64,000 nucleotides of DNA from Candidatus Omnitrophota bacterium (GTDB taxonomy: Bacteria; Omnitrophota; Omnitrophia; Omnitrophales; Aquincolibacteriaceae), in NCBI GenBank assembly GCA_022709525.1, contig JAKLIQ010000009.1, positions 19,107 to 83,106 of the forward strand. The letters run 5' to 3'. This document shows, piece by piece, positions 37,190 to 48,183 of the stretch; positions within the stretch are counted from its first letter, which is position 1; each line of letters opens with the position of its first letter. A program made the position numbers and the translations under genes. The notes under the pieces were generated by a model. The model saw only the letters and a program-made list of their open reading frames with translations, ran no database searches and was not told the origin of the DNA.

Positions 37190-38305
37190 CTATTTCCTCT
37201 TCGCGAGAAAATGCTTAATAAGGTGAGACTGTTTTGCCGCTTCGCTTTCGATCAAGAATGAATCATGCCCGTAAGCGGCGTCGATCTCGCAATAGGTCGC
37301 ATCGATCTGTTTCATCTGAAGCTGGCGAACCATGTCCTGCGACTGGGCGGACGGGTAGAGCCAATCGGATTTGAAAGCGATCACGAGAAAACGGGTTCCC
37401 GGAAGCCCCTCGGGAGGGATCCATTTCGCGTCCGAAAGATCGAAATAGTCCATGGCCTTCGTGATGTAAAGATAGGAGTTCGCGTCGAACCGCTTGACGA
37501 AGCTCTGGCCGCGATGCTGGAGGTAGCCCTCCACTTCAAAATCGGCGGAAAATTTAAACCCCGTATTGTCGTCTTTAAGGCGGCGCGAGAATTTCTGTTC
37601 CATGGAATCATTACTCATATAGGTGATATGCCCCACCATGCGGGCGACTGCAAGGCCCTTCTCGGGCGGAGTGCCGCCGTAGTAATCCCCGTTATTCCAT
37701 GCGGGATCGGCCATGATGGCCTGCCTGCCCACCTCGTTGAAAGCGATCTGCTGCGGCGAATGCTTGAGCGTCGCGGCGATCGGGATCACACATTCCACCG
37801 TACCGGGATAGGACGCGATCCATTGGAGCGCGAGCATCCCGCCCATGGAGCCGCCGATCACGCCGTGAAGTTTTTTGATCCCGAGATGATCGATCAATGC
37901 TTTCTGCGCGCGAACCATATCCCCGATCGTCACAAGGGGAAAATCGAGGCCGTAAGGTTTTCCCGTTTTCGGATTGACCGACGACGGCCCGGTGCTCCCT
38001 TTGCATCCTCCGATCACGTTGATACAGATCGCAAAATACTTTTCCGTATCAAGCGCTTTGCCGGGACCGACCATAAAATCCCACCAAGCAGGATCTTGAT
38101 CAGCCGTCACTGGGCCGGCAACATGCGCACTTCCGGAGAAAGCGTGCATGACAAGGACGGCGTTCGTTTTCTCGGAGTTCAGCTGGCCATAAGTTTCATA
38201 AGCAAGCGTGATGGGGCCTAATCCGCGCCCGGATTCAAGTTCGAACCCCTGCGCCTCGGCGAACGTGAAATACTTTGTTTCAGTCGGACCCACGCTTTTT
38301 TTCAT
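37190..38305 (-). CDS. metX: homoserine O-acetyltransferase
   Basis: [27 protein letters not shown] at 38305 overlaps the cysK stop (ATGA); the track start at 38422 is inside cysK. Confidence 0.85.
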   Translation of the reverse strand: MKKSVGPTETKYFTFAEAQGFELESGRGLGPITLAYETYGQLNSEKTNAVLVMHAFSGSAHVAGPVTADQDPAWWDFMVGPGKALDTEKYFAICINVIGGCKGSTGPSSVNPKTGKPYGLDFPLVTIGDMVRAQKALIDHLGIKKLHGVIGGSMGGMLALQWIASYPGTVECVIPIAATLKHSPQQIAFNEVGRQAIMADPAWNNGDYYGGTPPEKGLAVARMVGHITYMSNDSMEQKFSRRLKDDNTGFKFSADFEVEGYLQHRGQSFVKRFDANSYLYITKAMDYFDLSDAKWIPPEGLPGTRFLVIAFKSDWLYPSAQSQDMVRQLQMKQIDATYCEIDAAYGHDSFLIESEAAKQSHLIKHFLAKRK

Positions 38306-39234
38306 CCCAAAAATTCCTGGAAAAGCCATGTTGAAAGATACCTTTCTCCTGTGTCGCAGATCACGGTCACAATCACTTTGCCTTTGGATTCCTTGCGTTT
38401 TGCCACTTCCAAAGCCGCCCAAACATTCGCTCCTGCTGAGATCCCTCCGAGGATCCCTTCCTGACGCGCAAGCTGCTTGGCGACCTGCCCGGCATCCTCG
38501 TGGCGGACCTGAATGATCTCGTCATAAATTTTCGTATTCAGGATGCCCGGCACAAAACCGGCGCCGATCCCCTGGATCTTGTGCATCCCAGGCTTGCCGC
38601 CTGAAAGCACTGGGGAATCGACCGGCTCGACGGCGATAATTCTAGCAGAAGGTTTCCTTTTTTTCAGCACTTCTCCGACGCCTGTCAAAGTACCGCCGGT
38701 TCCGACGGCCGCCACAAAAATATCGACGGTGCCATCGGTGTCGTTCCATATTTCTTCGGCCGTGGTCTTGCGATGAATTTCGGCATTGGCGGGATTATCG
38801 AATTGCTGAAGGACGATGCTTCCCGGGATAGTCTTATTGATCTCGGCGGCTTTTTCGACGGCGCCGCGCATTCCCTTCGCGCCCTCGGTTAAAACCACTT
38901 CCGCGCCAAGGATCCTCAAAAGCTGGCGCCGCTCCATGCTCATGGTGTCCGGCATGGTCAAGATCAGTTTATAACCGCGGGCCGCGGCCACAAAGGCAAG
39001 CGCGATGCCGGTATTCCCGCTCGTCGGTTCCACAATAACGCCACCCGGCTTGAGCCTGCCGTCCCGTTCCGCCGCTTCAATCATCGCGACCCCGATCCTG
39101 TCCTTGACGCTGGAAAGAGGATTGGCAGATTCAAGTTTCACGGCGATCCGAGCGCCGGAATCTTTCCCGAGCCGGTTCAACCAAACCAAAGGGGTTTTCC
39201 CTACTGTTTTTGTGACATCTTGATAAACATTCAT
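38302..39234 (-). CDS. cysK: cysteine synthase (O-acetylserine sulfhydrylase)
   Basis: PLP Lys motif SVKDRIG; GNTGIALA. Confidence 0.9.
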   Translation of the reverse strand: MNVYQDVTKTVGKTPLVWLNRLGKDSGARIAVKLESANPLSSVKDRIGVAMIEAAERDGRLKPGGVIVEPTSGNTGIALAFVAAARGYKLILTMPDTMSMERRQLLRILGAEVVLTEGAKGMRGAVEKAAEINKTIPGSIVLQQFDNPANAEIHRKTTAEEIWNDTDGTVDIFVAAVGTGGTLTGVGEVLKKRKPSARIIAVEPVDSPVLSGGKPGMHKIQGIGAGFVPGILNTKIYDEIIQVRHEDAGQVAKQLARQEGILGGISAGANVWAALEVAKRKESKGKVIVTVICDTGERYLSTWLFQEFLG

Positions 39235-39272
39235 AAAATCCTCCTTTTCATCATCTTAAAACGGCCGCCTCC

Positions 39273-40169
39273 TTAAAACCCATAGTGGAGACTGACGGTA
39301 AAACCATTACCGAGACCAACTTCGCTTTTCGACTTCTGGTCTCCCGCATAAACCCAAGCGCCGACTAAGGTCAGCTTGTCGTTGATCAGCCATGCCGCAT
39401 GGACATCCTGATAATCCGCGTCATGCCAGCCATGATATTTAGCGCCTTGCTTATATTCATATCCAACCGCCAGATGCTTGAACAGGATCACATCGGCATT
39501 GGCGAACCAAGTAAACCGGTAATTATGGTCATAGCCAAAAACGCCGGTGGTCCGGCTGTTCGTTGCGATCAGCCCGCCGGATACCAAGACCGGTAACGGC
39601 GTTTCTTTGATCAACTTGGTCGCGACAAGATAAATATCATCGCCGACGCTTTTCGTTCCTGACGGCACATCGTCCGTGATCTTCAAGATATTCCCGATCG
39701 ACACCGCCGGAATAAATTTATGATCGCCCGCGTTTTCCGGGATCAAAAGCAGTTTGGCGCCGATGTTATTCTTATAGATCGTACTGGCCCCATGCGGCGC
39801 CACGGCTTCCCAGCCGTACGAAATTTCTAACCGGTCGCCGATCGAAAATGCCGTACCAAGCGCTGTCCAGTCGACATGTGCTTGCGGCAATCGCACATAC
39901 CACGCGCCGGCTTGCGGCTTGCTGATCTTGCTTAAAAGCCCGAAGCCATCGTAAGCTTTTTTTGATCCTTCTTCCGGCTTCTCGACCGTTTCTGTCTTAG
40001 GTGTTTCTTTTTTCCACTTACTACCAGCATTGACCAGATAAGCCAACGGATTGAACGCAATACCGCCGACGCCTTCCAAATTGTTCAGCGGAACTCCCGC
40101 ATAAGAAACCACCGTAAACTGCCAGCCGACCACTGAGACTAACAGCCCTAACACAACGAACTTCTTCAT
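39273..40169 (-). CDS. outer membrane beta-barrel protein (porin-like, C-terminal HYGF), embedded in the sulfur amino-acid operon
   Basis: Signal peptide; alternating amphipathic strands; terminal Phe. Confidence 0.6.
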   Translation of the reverse strand: MKKFVVLGLLVSVVGWQFTVVSYAGVPLNNLEGVGGIAFNPLAYLVNAGSKWKKETPKTETVEKPEEGSKKAYDGFGLLSKISKPQAGAWYVRLPQAHVDWTALGTAFSIGDRLEISYGWEAVAPHGASTIYKNNIGAKLLLIPENAGDHKFIPAVSIGNILKITDDVPSGTKSVGDDIYLVATKLIKETPLPVLVSGGLIATNSRTTGVFGYDHNYRFTWFANADVILFKHLAVGYEYKQGAKYHGWHDADYQDVHAAWLINDKLTLVGAWVYAGDQKSKSEVGLGNGFTVSLHYGF

Positions 40170-40280
40170 GACATTCTCCTTTTCCGATCATGTTTGCCTT
40201 ACATCCCGTGGTCGGGTCGGAAAGGCGAATGTTTGATTTTTTCAGCCGGTTGTCCGGTTGTTTTTAAAATTTATGGTCTC

Positions 40281-40481
40281 CTAAATACCGCTTCCCTGCT
40301 CCAAGCCGCGATAATTGTCATAGCGGGTTTTCTCGGTCTTTTCAACCTGAATGATCCTTGAATCATGAACTTTGATCACAATATCCCCATATCTTAACGA
40401 GGCGATGATCCCTGAAAGTTCTTGAAGGATCTTTCCGTTAAGCAAACCCCATTTTTCGGTTTTTTGAATATCGTTCGTCAT
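40281..40481 (-). CDS. YezD/DUF2292 family small protein (66 aa)
   Basis: MTNDIQKTEKW...YGDIVIKVHDSRIIQVEKTEKTRYD matches the DUF2292 core. The track ORF 40281..40739 is an artefactual N-terminal extension (Arg/Ser-rich) overlapping metY. Confidence 0.6.
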   Translation of the reverse strand: MTNDIQKTEKWGLLNGKILQELSGIIASLRYGDIVIKVHDSRIIQVEKTEKTRYDNYRGLEQGSGI

Positions 40482-40503
40482 GACACATGCCTTGCCCTTC
40501 AGA

Positions 40504-41817
<1,314 letters not shown>

Positions 41818-41827
41818 TTAAATTGAA

Positions 41828-42280
41828 TTAAATGAAATACATGGCTTCTTGGCTTGTATTTCGCATTCGATCGTGAATTTCCTGAAATGTTGTAATATTA
41901 AGAATGCTTGAGGTCGTCCGGTAGACCTCCTGCATGACCATATGGATCCCGCAAGTCGTCCCTTTTTTGCACTCCTCGCAGCGCTTATGCGCCGAAGAAT
42001 TCAGGCATGGCAGCGCGCCAAAAGGATTTTCGAAGATCCCGATCACTTCCCCAAAGCTGATCTGATTGGGCGAGCGCGCCAAAAGATACCCGCCGCCTTT
42101 CCCTTTCTTGCTTTGCAGGAGACCTTTGTTCTTAAGCTCCAAAAGGATCGATTCCAGGAATTTCTTTGGAATTGATTCCGATTCCGCGATCTGCGCGATA
42201 AGGACCGGTTCTTTGGAGGCGTATTTCTCCGTCAGCATAAGAACGGCTTTAAGAGCGTATTTTGTCTTCTTGGATATCAT
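41828..42280 (-). CDS. Rrf2-family transcriptional regulator (IscR/CymR-like, 3 Cys)
   Basis: wHTH N-terminus MISKKTKYALKAVLML; Cys cluster CLNSSAHKRCEECKKGTTC. Confidence 0.85.
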   Translation of the reverse strand: MISKKTKYALKAVLMLTEKYASKEPVLIAQIAESESIPKKFLESILLELKNKGLLQSKKGKGGGYLLARSPNQISFGEVIGIFENPFGALPCLNSSAHKRCEECKKGTTCGIHMVMQEVYRTTSSILNITTFQEIHDRMRNTSQEAMYFI

Positions 42281-42287
42281 AGTCTAC

Positions 42288-42339
42288 TAACCCCATAGAT
42301 TAATGGGTGTAATATACCTCCTTCGCTTTTCTGTGTCAA
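42288..42339 (-). promoter_or_regulatory. sigma70 promoter TTGACA-17-TATATT for the Rrf2-metY-cysK-metXW operon, with overlapping inverted repeat CCCATTAATCTATGGG (candidate Rrf2 operator)
   Basis: Minus-strand read: TTGACAcagaaaagcgaaggaggTATATTacaCCCATtaatctATGGGgttagtagactATG. Confidence 0.55.
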
Positions 42340-42406
42340 ATTTATTTTTCATCTTTTTTGAACGCCTCTTACGGCCTTTTTCCGCTTGGAAAGATCGAAA
42401 TTATCC

Positions 42407-42430
42407 CTAAAGAATCTATCATAAATAGAT
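42407..42430. promoter_or_regulatory. perfect palindrome AGAATCTAT-N5-ATAGATTCT in the divergent intergenic region
   Basis: Seen directly, between the Rrf2 operon promoter and the small ORF at 42525. Confidence 0.35.
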
Positions 42431-42524
42431 TCTCTCAAACCGTTTCGGTTCCCTTCTCTTTTAAAGACCGCGAACACTCGTTAGGGTTGAACATAAGAAA
42501 TCGGTCATAAAGGGGGTAAAAACC

Positions 42525-42770
42525 ATGAGTATCACCACAAGACAAATATGGGAACATCTGGTCCGGGACTTTCTGGAGATCAAATGCACCCTGAAGGAAC
42601 CGGAGCAGGAGTTTCTCCTGGATTTTCTTAAAAACAAGGGGGTCAAGGCCGAAGCCATCCAGATGCATCCGGCTTTTTCGGTCGATGACCACTTGGTCGT
42701 GATCATGGAGGATTCGGACCTGAAAAAGCGCTTTTTCTACCATCCTCAAAAACAAACGATCGAAGAATGA
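42525..42770 (+). CDS. small hypothetical protein (81 aa)
   Basis: Good RBS AAGGGGGT 6 nt before the ATG; acidic protein-like composition; no known domain. Confidence 0.45.
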   Translation: MSITTRQIWEHLVRDFLEIKCTLKEPEQEFLLDFLKNKGVKAEAIQMHPAFSVDDHLVVIMEDSDLKKRFFYHPQKQTIEE

Positions 42771-42780
42771 TTCAAAAAAC

Positions 42781-42910
42781 GGGGCTTGTTCCTCGGGACT
42801 AGGGACTCGTAAAAGCAAAGAAAAAAGACGATTCCCGCACTTAAAGTGCTGCGTTGGCTTCCAATAAAGAATTAAAATAAGAGCCAGCGAGGTGCGGGTT
42901 CCGAGTCCCC
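42781..42910 (-). mobile_element. MITE-like palindromic element, copy B (inverted relative to copy A)
   Basis: The reverse complement of 18312-18447 aligns along its whole length (GGGGCTTGTTCCTCGGGACTAGGGACTCGTA...GCACTTAAAGTGC...CCGAGTCCCC). It abuts the rluB stop codon. Confidence 0.6.
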
Positions 42911-42911
42911 T

Positions 42912-43646
42912 TTACAAATCAACGGCTTTGCGGAGTTCGCGGGCTTCAAAAGAAGTGAGAAAGCGGCCTTGGCCGGGAGCAAGATGGCCCAGCTTGAGGG
43001 GCCCGAACGAAAAACGATTGAGCATGATCACTTCGTAACCAAAGCGTTTGAAGACCCGCCGGATCTGGCGCTTTTTCCCCTCCCGGAGTTCCACCATCAG
43101 GATCCTCGGCGACACCGGCCGGACCTCCTCCACTTTGAGAAAACCGTCATACGAATGAAAACCTTCCAAAACTTTATGGCGGTCTTTTATGTCCCAGGCA
43201 CGGTTCAGCTTGACCTGATACCATTTTTCGACGTGAAAACGCGGATGGATCAAGCGGTTCGCGAGTTCTCCGTCATTGGTCATGAGGAGCAGGCCCGAAG
43301 AATCTTTATCGAGCCGGCCGACCGGAAAAACCCGAACCTTGCTTGTAGCGGATTGACGCGTCGCGTTCACAAGATGGCGCGGCAGAAGGTCAAAGACCGT
43401 TTTCTTGGCATGCATGTCCTGCGCCGTCACAACATAGCCCTCGGGTTTGTTCAGAACATAGTAAACATGCGGCGCGGCCTGGAGGACCTTGTTGCGGTAC
43501 ATGATCGTGTCATTTTCAAAATCCACTTGCCGGCCGAGGTCCCGCACCACCTCGCCATTGACAGAAATGGCGCCGTTAGCGACAAAAACTTCGCATTTCC
43601 TGCGCGAACCGAGCCCGGCGCTGGCTAAAGCGTGCGCGATCCTCAT
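42912..43646 (-). CDS. rluB: RluB/RsuA-family rRNA pseudouridine synthase
   Basis: S4 domain N-terminus; catalytic GRLDKDSSGLLLMTNDGELANRL. Confidence 0.85.
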   Translation of the reverse strand: MRIAHALASAGLGSRRKCEVFVANGAISVNGEVVRDLGRQVDFENDTIMYRNKVLQAAPHVYYVLNKPEGYVVTAQDMHAKKTVFDLLPRHLVNATRQSATSKVRVFPVGRLDKDSSGLLLMTNDGELANRLIHPRFHVEKWYQVKLNRAWDIKDRHKVLEGFHSYDGFLKVEEVRPVSPRILMVELREGKKRQIRRVFKRFGYEVIMLNRFSFGPLKLGHLAPGQGRFLTSFEARELRKAVDL

Positions 43647-44251
43647 CGTTTTTTCAACTCCGCGTAAAAAAGAGGTCTGCCTTCCGCCTCAAATTTCAAT
43701 TCATAATTGGTTTTCATGGCGCCGCCTAGAATTCGCTCGTTGACTGTTTCGCGCACATTCTCCCAGAGTTCGGAAGTAGCCGCTATGGTTTTCTTCATCA
43801 TCTCAAAATAGTCCTTATCATCCGTCGCGATCTCGATAAGCCCCTGCGGGACAAGGCACACGTGAAGAAGCTTAAGAAGCTCCGCCGTAAAAACACGGCG
43901 AGTCTGATGACGGCGTTTGGGCCATGGGTCCGGAAAATAAATATGAAAAATGATGACGCTTCCGGGAGCGACCGCTTCGGCGAGGAACGCCCTGGCTTCG
44001 GCCCGGATGAACCGGATATTTGGAAGCGTCCTCTTTTGCGCGCGCGTTTTCCCAATATTCATGAATTTGCTGATACGGTCGATCCCGAGAAAATTCGTGC
44101 CGGGATTTTCCATGGCGCGCGCGACCAGGAACTTACCCTTCCCGCAGCCGATCTCCATTTCGACGGAATTCGAATTTCCGAAAAGTTCGCCGAAAACGAC
44201 AGGGGCGTATTTTTCTTTTACAAGATTTGAAACTACGAGCGCTCGAGCCAT
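43643..44251 (-). CDS. trmB: tRNA (guanine46-N7)-methyltransferase
   Basis: EIGCGKGKFL; FPDPWPKRRH. Confidence 0.85.
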   Translation of the reverse strand: MARALVVSNLVKEKYAPVVFGELFGNSNSVEMEIGCGKGKFLVARAMENPGTNFLGIDRISKFMNIGKTRAQKRTLPNIRFIRAEARAFLAEAVAPGSVIIFHIYFPDPWPKRRHQTRRVFTAELLKLLHVCLVPQGLIEIATDDKDYFEMMKKTIAATSELWENVRETVNERILGGAMKTNYELKFEAEGRPLFYAELKKR

Positions 44252-45345
44252 ACCAGTGTTTCCAGATGCCGGGTCCTTGGGAAAAAATCGAACGGCATGA
44301 TCTTGCGGATCTTCCAGCCCCCTTGCAACAAGGCCCTAAGGTCCCGGGCCAGCGATTCCGGCGAACAGGATAGATAAAAAAGAGACCCCAGCTTCTTCGC
44401 ATGATTCAGCGTTTGAATGGCTGAAGGCGCAAGCCCGCCGCGCGGCGGATCGATGAAAGCGACGCACGGTTTCCGACCCAACTCCTTCAAGACCTCCGGT
44501 AAATGCGCCTCGACTTTCCCGACAAGGGTCCGGATATGTTTGAAGCCATGGTAGGCGATATTGTAGTTCGCGAGATCGACGGAATCCGCGCCTTCTTCGA
44601 TCATGACCACTTCCTGGGCGCGATCCGCTAAAGCGATCCCGAAAAGGCCGACGCCGGAATAAAGATCCAGAAAAACAGTGTCCTCGAGCCATGGGATGAG
44701 TGATTCGACTTTGGAGACGATCTTTTCCAGAATCGGCAGATTCGCTTGGAAAAAGGTATCAAGCGCGTAAAAAATTTTCCGGCCGCGCACAGTCACAAAA
44801 AAATAATTTTCTTCTTTCATCTTGAGGGACCGCCGGCCGATCCCGCCCCAAAAAACCCGTCCGCCTTCCCCGACTCTCACCACAAGATTCGCGACTTTGT
44901 ATTTCGGCGGAAAAATTTTGATCGCTTCTGCTTTAAGGGCCGGAAGGAAATCGTTGATCTCTTGACGCGCGAGCGGGCAGGCCGCCACCTCCTGGAGCCG
45001 CTGCGTTCCCTGGAGCATGAATCCCATCTGCCATTCCCCGTTATTGCGGCGCCTCAACGTAAGATCGAGACGGTTGCGGTAATGATACGCCTCAGGCGAC
45101 GAGACAATCGGTTCAAAAACCCGGTCCGAAAGGCCAAGTTGCGCCGTTAAAAGATCTTTGAGCGTTATTTCTTTGCGGGAAAGCTCTTCCTCATAGGGAA
45201 TATCCTGATACTGACATCCCCCGCAAGTCCCGAAAAGCGGGCACAGAGGTTTTGTCCGGGTTATGTTGGTCTCGGAGACTAGCATGATGGGATAGTTTAC
45301 GGAGAAGCTCCGGCTCCGTCGAGCGCTCTTTTCAGCCCTAACCAT
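44233..45345 (-). CDS. RlmD/RumA-family 23S rRNA (uracil-C5)-methyltransferase with [4Fe-4S] Cys cluster
   Basis: CPLFGTCGGCQYQ cluster; SAM-MTase motifs; C-terminal catalytic Cys. Confidence 0.8.
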   Translation of the reverse strand: MVRAEKSARRSRSFSVNYPIMLVSETNITRTKPLCPLFGTCGGCQYQDIPYEEELSRKEITLKDLLTAQLGLSDRVFEPIVSSPEAYHYRNRLDLTLRRRNNGEWQMGFMLQGTQRLQEVAACPLARQEINDFLPALKAEAIKIFPPKYKVANLVVRVGEGGRVFWGGIGRRSLKMKEENYFFVTVRGRKIFYALDTFFQANLPILEKIVSKVESLIPWLEDTVFLDLYSGVGLFGIALADRAQEVVMIEEGADSVDLANYNIAYHGFKHIRTLVGKVEAHLPEVLKELGRKPCVAFIDPPRGGLAPSAIQTLNHAKKLGSLFYLSCSPESLARDLRALLQGGWKIRKIMPFDFFPRTRHLETLVWLERS

Positions 45346-45370
45346 TTCAAGCTACGAGGTTGAAATGGTT
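45340..45370. promoter_or_regulatory. perfect 11-bp inverted repeat AACCATTTCAA-N9-TTGAAATGGTT at the rumA/folB divergent start region (copy 1 of 2 in window)
   Basis: Seen directly. The left arm contains the rumA start codon; the repeat lies 25 nt upstream of the folB ATG. Confidence 0.5.
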
Positions 45371-45394
45371 CCGGCTTGACGTTACACTACCGGC

Positions 45395-45745
45395 ATGGCT
45401 GACAAGATCTTTATCGAAAAATTGGAAATTCGCTGCATTATCGGTACGCTTCCGAAAGAACGCAAAAAGAAACAAAAAATCGTGATCGATATGGAGTTCC
45501 CTGCCCCCGTTTCAAAACCGGCTAAACGGGACGACCTGCGTGATGCTTTAAACTATAAAAAGATCGCTGACCATACCGTAAAGTTCGTTTCTCGAAGCTG
45601 TTTTCATCTGATCGAGACCTTGGCGGAGCGGCTTTCGCGCCAACTTTTGAAGGAATTCGAACTAAAGCGCATTTTGCTGCGGATTTCAAAACCTGGCGCG
45701 ATCCGGAATGCGAAGAACGTAGGGGTAGAGATCCAAAGGCCTTAA
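45395..45745 (+). CDS. folB: dihydroneopterin aldolase
   Basis: IFIEKLEIRCIIGTLPKER...NYKKI; FolB family length and motifs. Confidence 0.8.
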   Translation: MADKIFIEKLEIRCIIGTLPKERKKKQKIVIDMEFPAPVSKPAKRDDLRDALNYKKIADHTVKFVSRSCFHLIETLAERLSRQLLKEFELKRILLRISKPGAIRNAKNVGVEIQRP

Positions 45746-45753
45746 GGAAGCAA

Positions 45754-46065
45754 TTAAAGGGCTAAAGCCGCGTACTTCGCGTAGGGCGCGGCACCTTGAG
45801 CGACATCCGCGACCCCGCTTACGAGGCCGGTGATCATTTTAAAAGTCCCCCGAACGGCCCCCGTCACAAGCCCAAAGGGGAACATGACCCGCCGGGAGTC
45901 CTCCAGCATACTGCTCGGAATTGCGAACGCGCTGCTGACGAGTTTTCCCGTTCCGCGCGCGGCGTAGGAAATGTCCTCCCCAACGGTGCTGGCGTAGGCG
46001 GGCGTTGCCAACAGGAAAAAAGCGAGAGCGAGCGAAAGAAACGCCGGAATTCCAGATTTTTTCAT
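45754..46065 (-). CDS. small secreted protein, hypothetical
   Basis: Signal peptide MKKSGIPAFLSLALAFFLLATPAYA; Gly/Ala-rich mature part. Confidence 0.5.
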   Translation of the reverse strand: MKKSGIPAFLSLALAFFLLATPAYASTVGEDISYAARGTGKLVSSAFAIPSSMLEDSRRVMFPFGLVTGAVRGTFKMITGLVSGVADVAQGAAPYAKYAALAL

Positions 46066-46138
46066 GATCGGATCTCCCCTCTCATTGTCGGCATTTTAGA
46101 TTTGAACTTTCGGGAAATTTGACTATGATAGCGGGCCT

Positions 46139-47056
46139 ATGAAAAATATCCTCGTCACAGGCGGTTCCGGCTTTATCGGCTCCAATATCGCCTTGGAACT
46201 CCAAACCCGCTACCCTGAAGCTTCCATCACCGTCCTCGAAGACTTCCGGAGCTCCTGCTTCAAAAATCTCCTTGGATTCAAAGGGGACCTTCTGGCTTAC
46301 GACTGCGCGGATAAAAGCTGGATGAGTTGGGCAAAGGGAAGAAAACTCGACATCATTTACCACATGGCCTCCATTACGGATACGACCCTGCTCGATGAAC
46401 AAAAAATGATGTACGACAACGTTGAAGGCTTTCGTAACATTCTTGATCTCGCCGCCGAAAAGAAAGCCGCGGTGGTCTACGCGTCCTCGGCTGCGACTTA
46501 CGGCTCGATCGACCGCCCTATCAAAGAGTCGGATGCGGGGAATCCGAACAACATCTACGGCTACTCCAAGTGGATCATGGATCAACTCGGCCGGACGTAT
46601 TATAACAAAATCAAGGTCGTCGGCCTGCGTTTTTTCAATGTCTTCGGGCCTCGCGAATATTACAAAGGCCACGCCGCCAGCATGATCTACCAACTTGCGC
46701 TTCAAATGCAAACCGGAAAACGCCCCCGGATCTTCAAATGGGGCGAGCAAAAACGCGATCATATCTACGTTAAAGACGTGGTCGAGGCAACGCTTATGGC
46801 CCACAAATCCAAAGAATCAACCGTCATGAACCTTGGCACCGGGCAAGCAACCTCTTTCAATGAAATTGTGGATGCCCTCAACGAGGCGCTTGGCACTCAT
46901 CATAAACCCGACTATTTCGACAACCCCTATCCTTTCTACCAGAACTTCACGCAGGCGGACATGAGCCATCATGAAAAGATGACCGGCTTCCGCTGCCGCT
47001 TCACGACGCGTGAAGGCATCCTCGATTACGTCCGGAATGACCTCTTAAAGAAGTAA
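46139..47056 (+). CDS. hldD: ADP-L-glycero-D-manno-heptose 6-epimerase
   Basis: VTGGSGFIGSN; YASSAATYG; NIYGYSK; FNVFGPRE; FTQAD. Close to RfaD/HldD. Confidence 0.9.
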   Translation: MKNILVTGGSGFIGSNIALELQTRYPEASITVLEDFRSSCFKNLLGFKGDLLAYDCADKSWMSWAKGRKLDIIYHMASITDTTLLDEQKMMYDNVEGFRNILDLAAEKKAAVVYASSAATYGSIDRPIKESDAGNPNNIYGYSKWIMDQLGRTYYNKIKVVGLRFFNVFGPREYYKGHAASMIYQLALQMQTGKRPRIFKWGEQKRDHIYVKDVVEATLMAHKSKESTVMNLGTGQATSFNEIVDALNEALGTHHKPDYFDNPYPFYQNFTQADMSHHEKMTGFRCRFTTREGILDYVRNDLLKK

Positions 47057-47103
47057 CGGCTTCCGCTTGCTAAAAGCGGGGAATTCGCTAAACTGGAGGG
47101 GCT

Positions 47104-48156
47104 ATGAAACGCGAACAGTTCATTTCGTTTTTCTTTATCGGCATTCTCGCTTTCATCATCTACGAGGTCTTCAGGATCTTTTCCCCTTTTTTTACGGCCA
47201 TTTTCTGGGCCGCCATCCTGGCCTTCGCTTTTTATCCGCTCTACGCAAAATTAAGGAAACTCTTCCCCCGGCGAAGCGGTTCGATCGCGCTTCTCATGAC
47301 CATTGTGGTATTCCTGATTGTCATCCCGCCGCTCATCATGATCCTGATCAATATGACCAAGGAAGTGATCGAATTCTCGCAGTGGGCTTATACGTACGTG
47401 CGGGAAGGAAGATTGGAAAAATTGATCGAACAGGTCCGGGAGGTGCCCTGGCTCCACAAGGTCGAGACCCATATCGTGGCGTCTCAGGCGATCAAAGACA
47501 ACCTCTCCTCCTGGGTGCTTGGCGGCGCCAAAAAACTCGGCAATCTGGCCGCTTCACAGGCGGGAACTTTCACCAAAAACATGTTCTTTGTGTTCTTGAA
47601 TGTCTTCTTTATGTCGTTCCTGACCTTTGTCTTTTTTAAACACGGGGAACGGATCTACAATTTCATCTACGAAATAGCCCCTTTCGAAAGAGAAACCAAA
47701 AAGGACCTCTTCAAACAGATCCACGACACGTTCGTGGCCGTGATCCGCGGGCAATTGTTGACAAGCGTCGCCCAGGCGAGCGTCGCGGGTATTCTTTTTA
47801 CGATTCTGGGGGTTCCGATCCCGCTTTTTTTCACGTTCCTGATCTTTTTGACTTCCCTGATCCCTGTTCTCGGCGCGGCAAGCGTATGGTTCCCGATCGC
47901 TCTTTATTTCCTGGTAACGCATCTGTATGTGAAAGCGATCATTCTCTTTCTGGTCGGGTTCTTCGGGATCAGCTTGCTGGATAACATCATGAAGCCGGCG
48001 ATCATCGGGGAAAAAACCAAGCTCCCCTATTTTCTCCTTTTCTTCGGGATCATGGGCGGGATGAAGCTTTACGGCCTGATGGGGATCTTTCTGGCGCCGG
48101 TAGTGCTTTCGCTTTTTTTCGCGCTGATCAAGATCTATCGCGGGAAATACGTTTAA
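47104..48156 (+). CDS. AI-2E family transporter (PerM-like)
   Basis: Eight TM helices with AI-2E family signature composition. Confidence 0.8.
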   Translation: MKREQFISFFFIGILAFIIYEVFRIFSPFFTAIFWAAILAFAFYPLYAKLRKLFPRRSGSIALLMTIVVFLIVIPPLIMILINMTKEVIEFSQWAYTYVREGRLEKLIEQVREVPWLHKVETHIVASQAIKDNLSSWVLGGAKKLGNLAASQAGTFTKNMFFVFLNVFFMSFLTFVFFKHGERIYNFIYEIAPFERETKKDLFKQIHDTFVAVIRGQLLTSVAQASVAGILFTILGVPIPLFFTFLIFLTSLIPVLGAASVWFPIALYFLVTHLYVKAIILFLVGFFGISLLDNIMKPAIIGEKTKLPYFLLFFGIMGGMKLYGLMGIFLAPVVLSLFFALIKIYRGKYV

Positions 48157-48183
48157 CCGGAGTTTCTCTCTTCCGAATCTTCC

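Noticed and set aside
42281-42520. SAM or T-box riboswitch upstream of the sulfur amino-acid operon
   Set aside because: The leader between the mapped promoter and the Rrf2 ATG is only about 24 nt. No riboswitch-sized structured leader is present, so protein (Rrf2) control is more likely.
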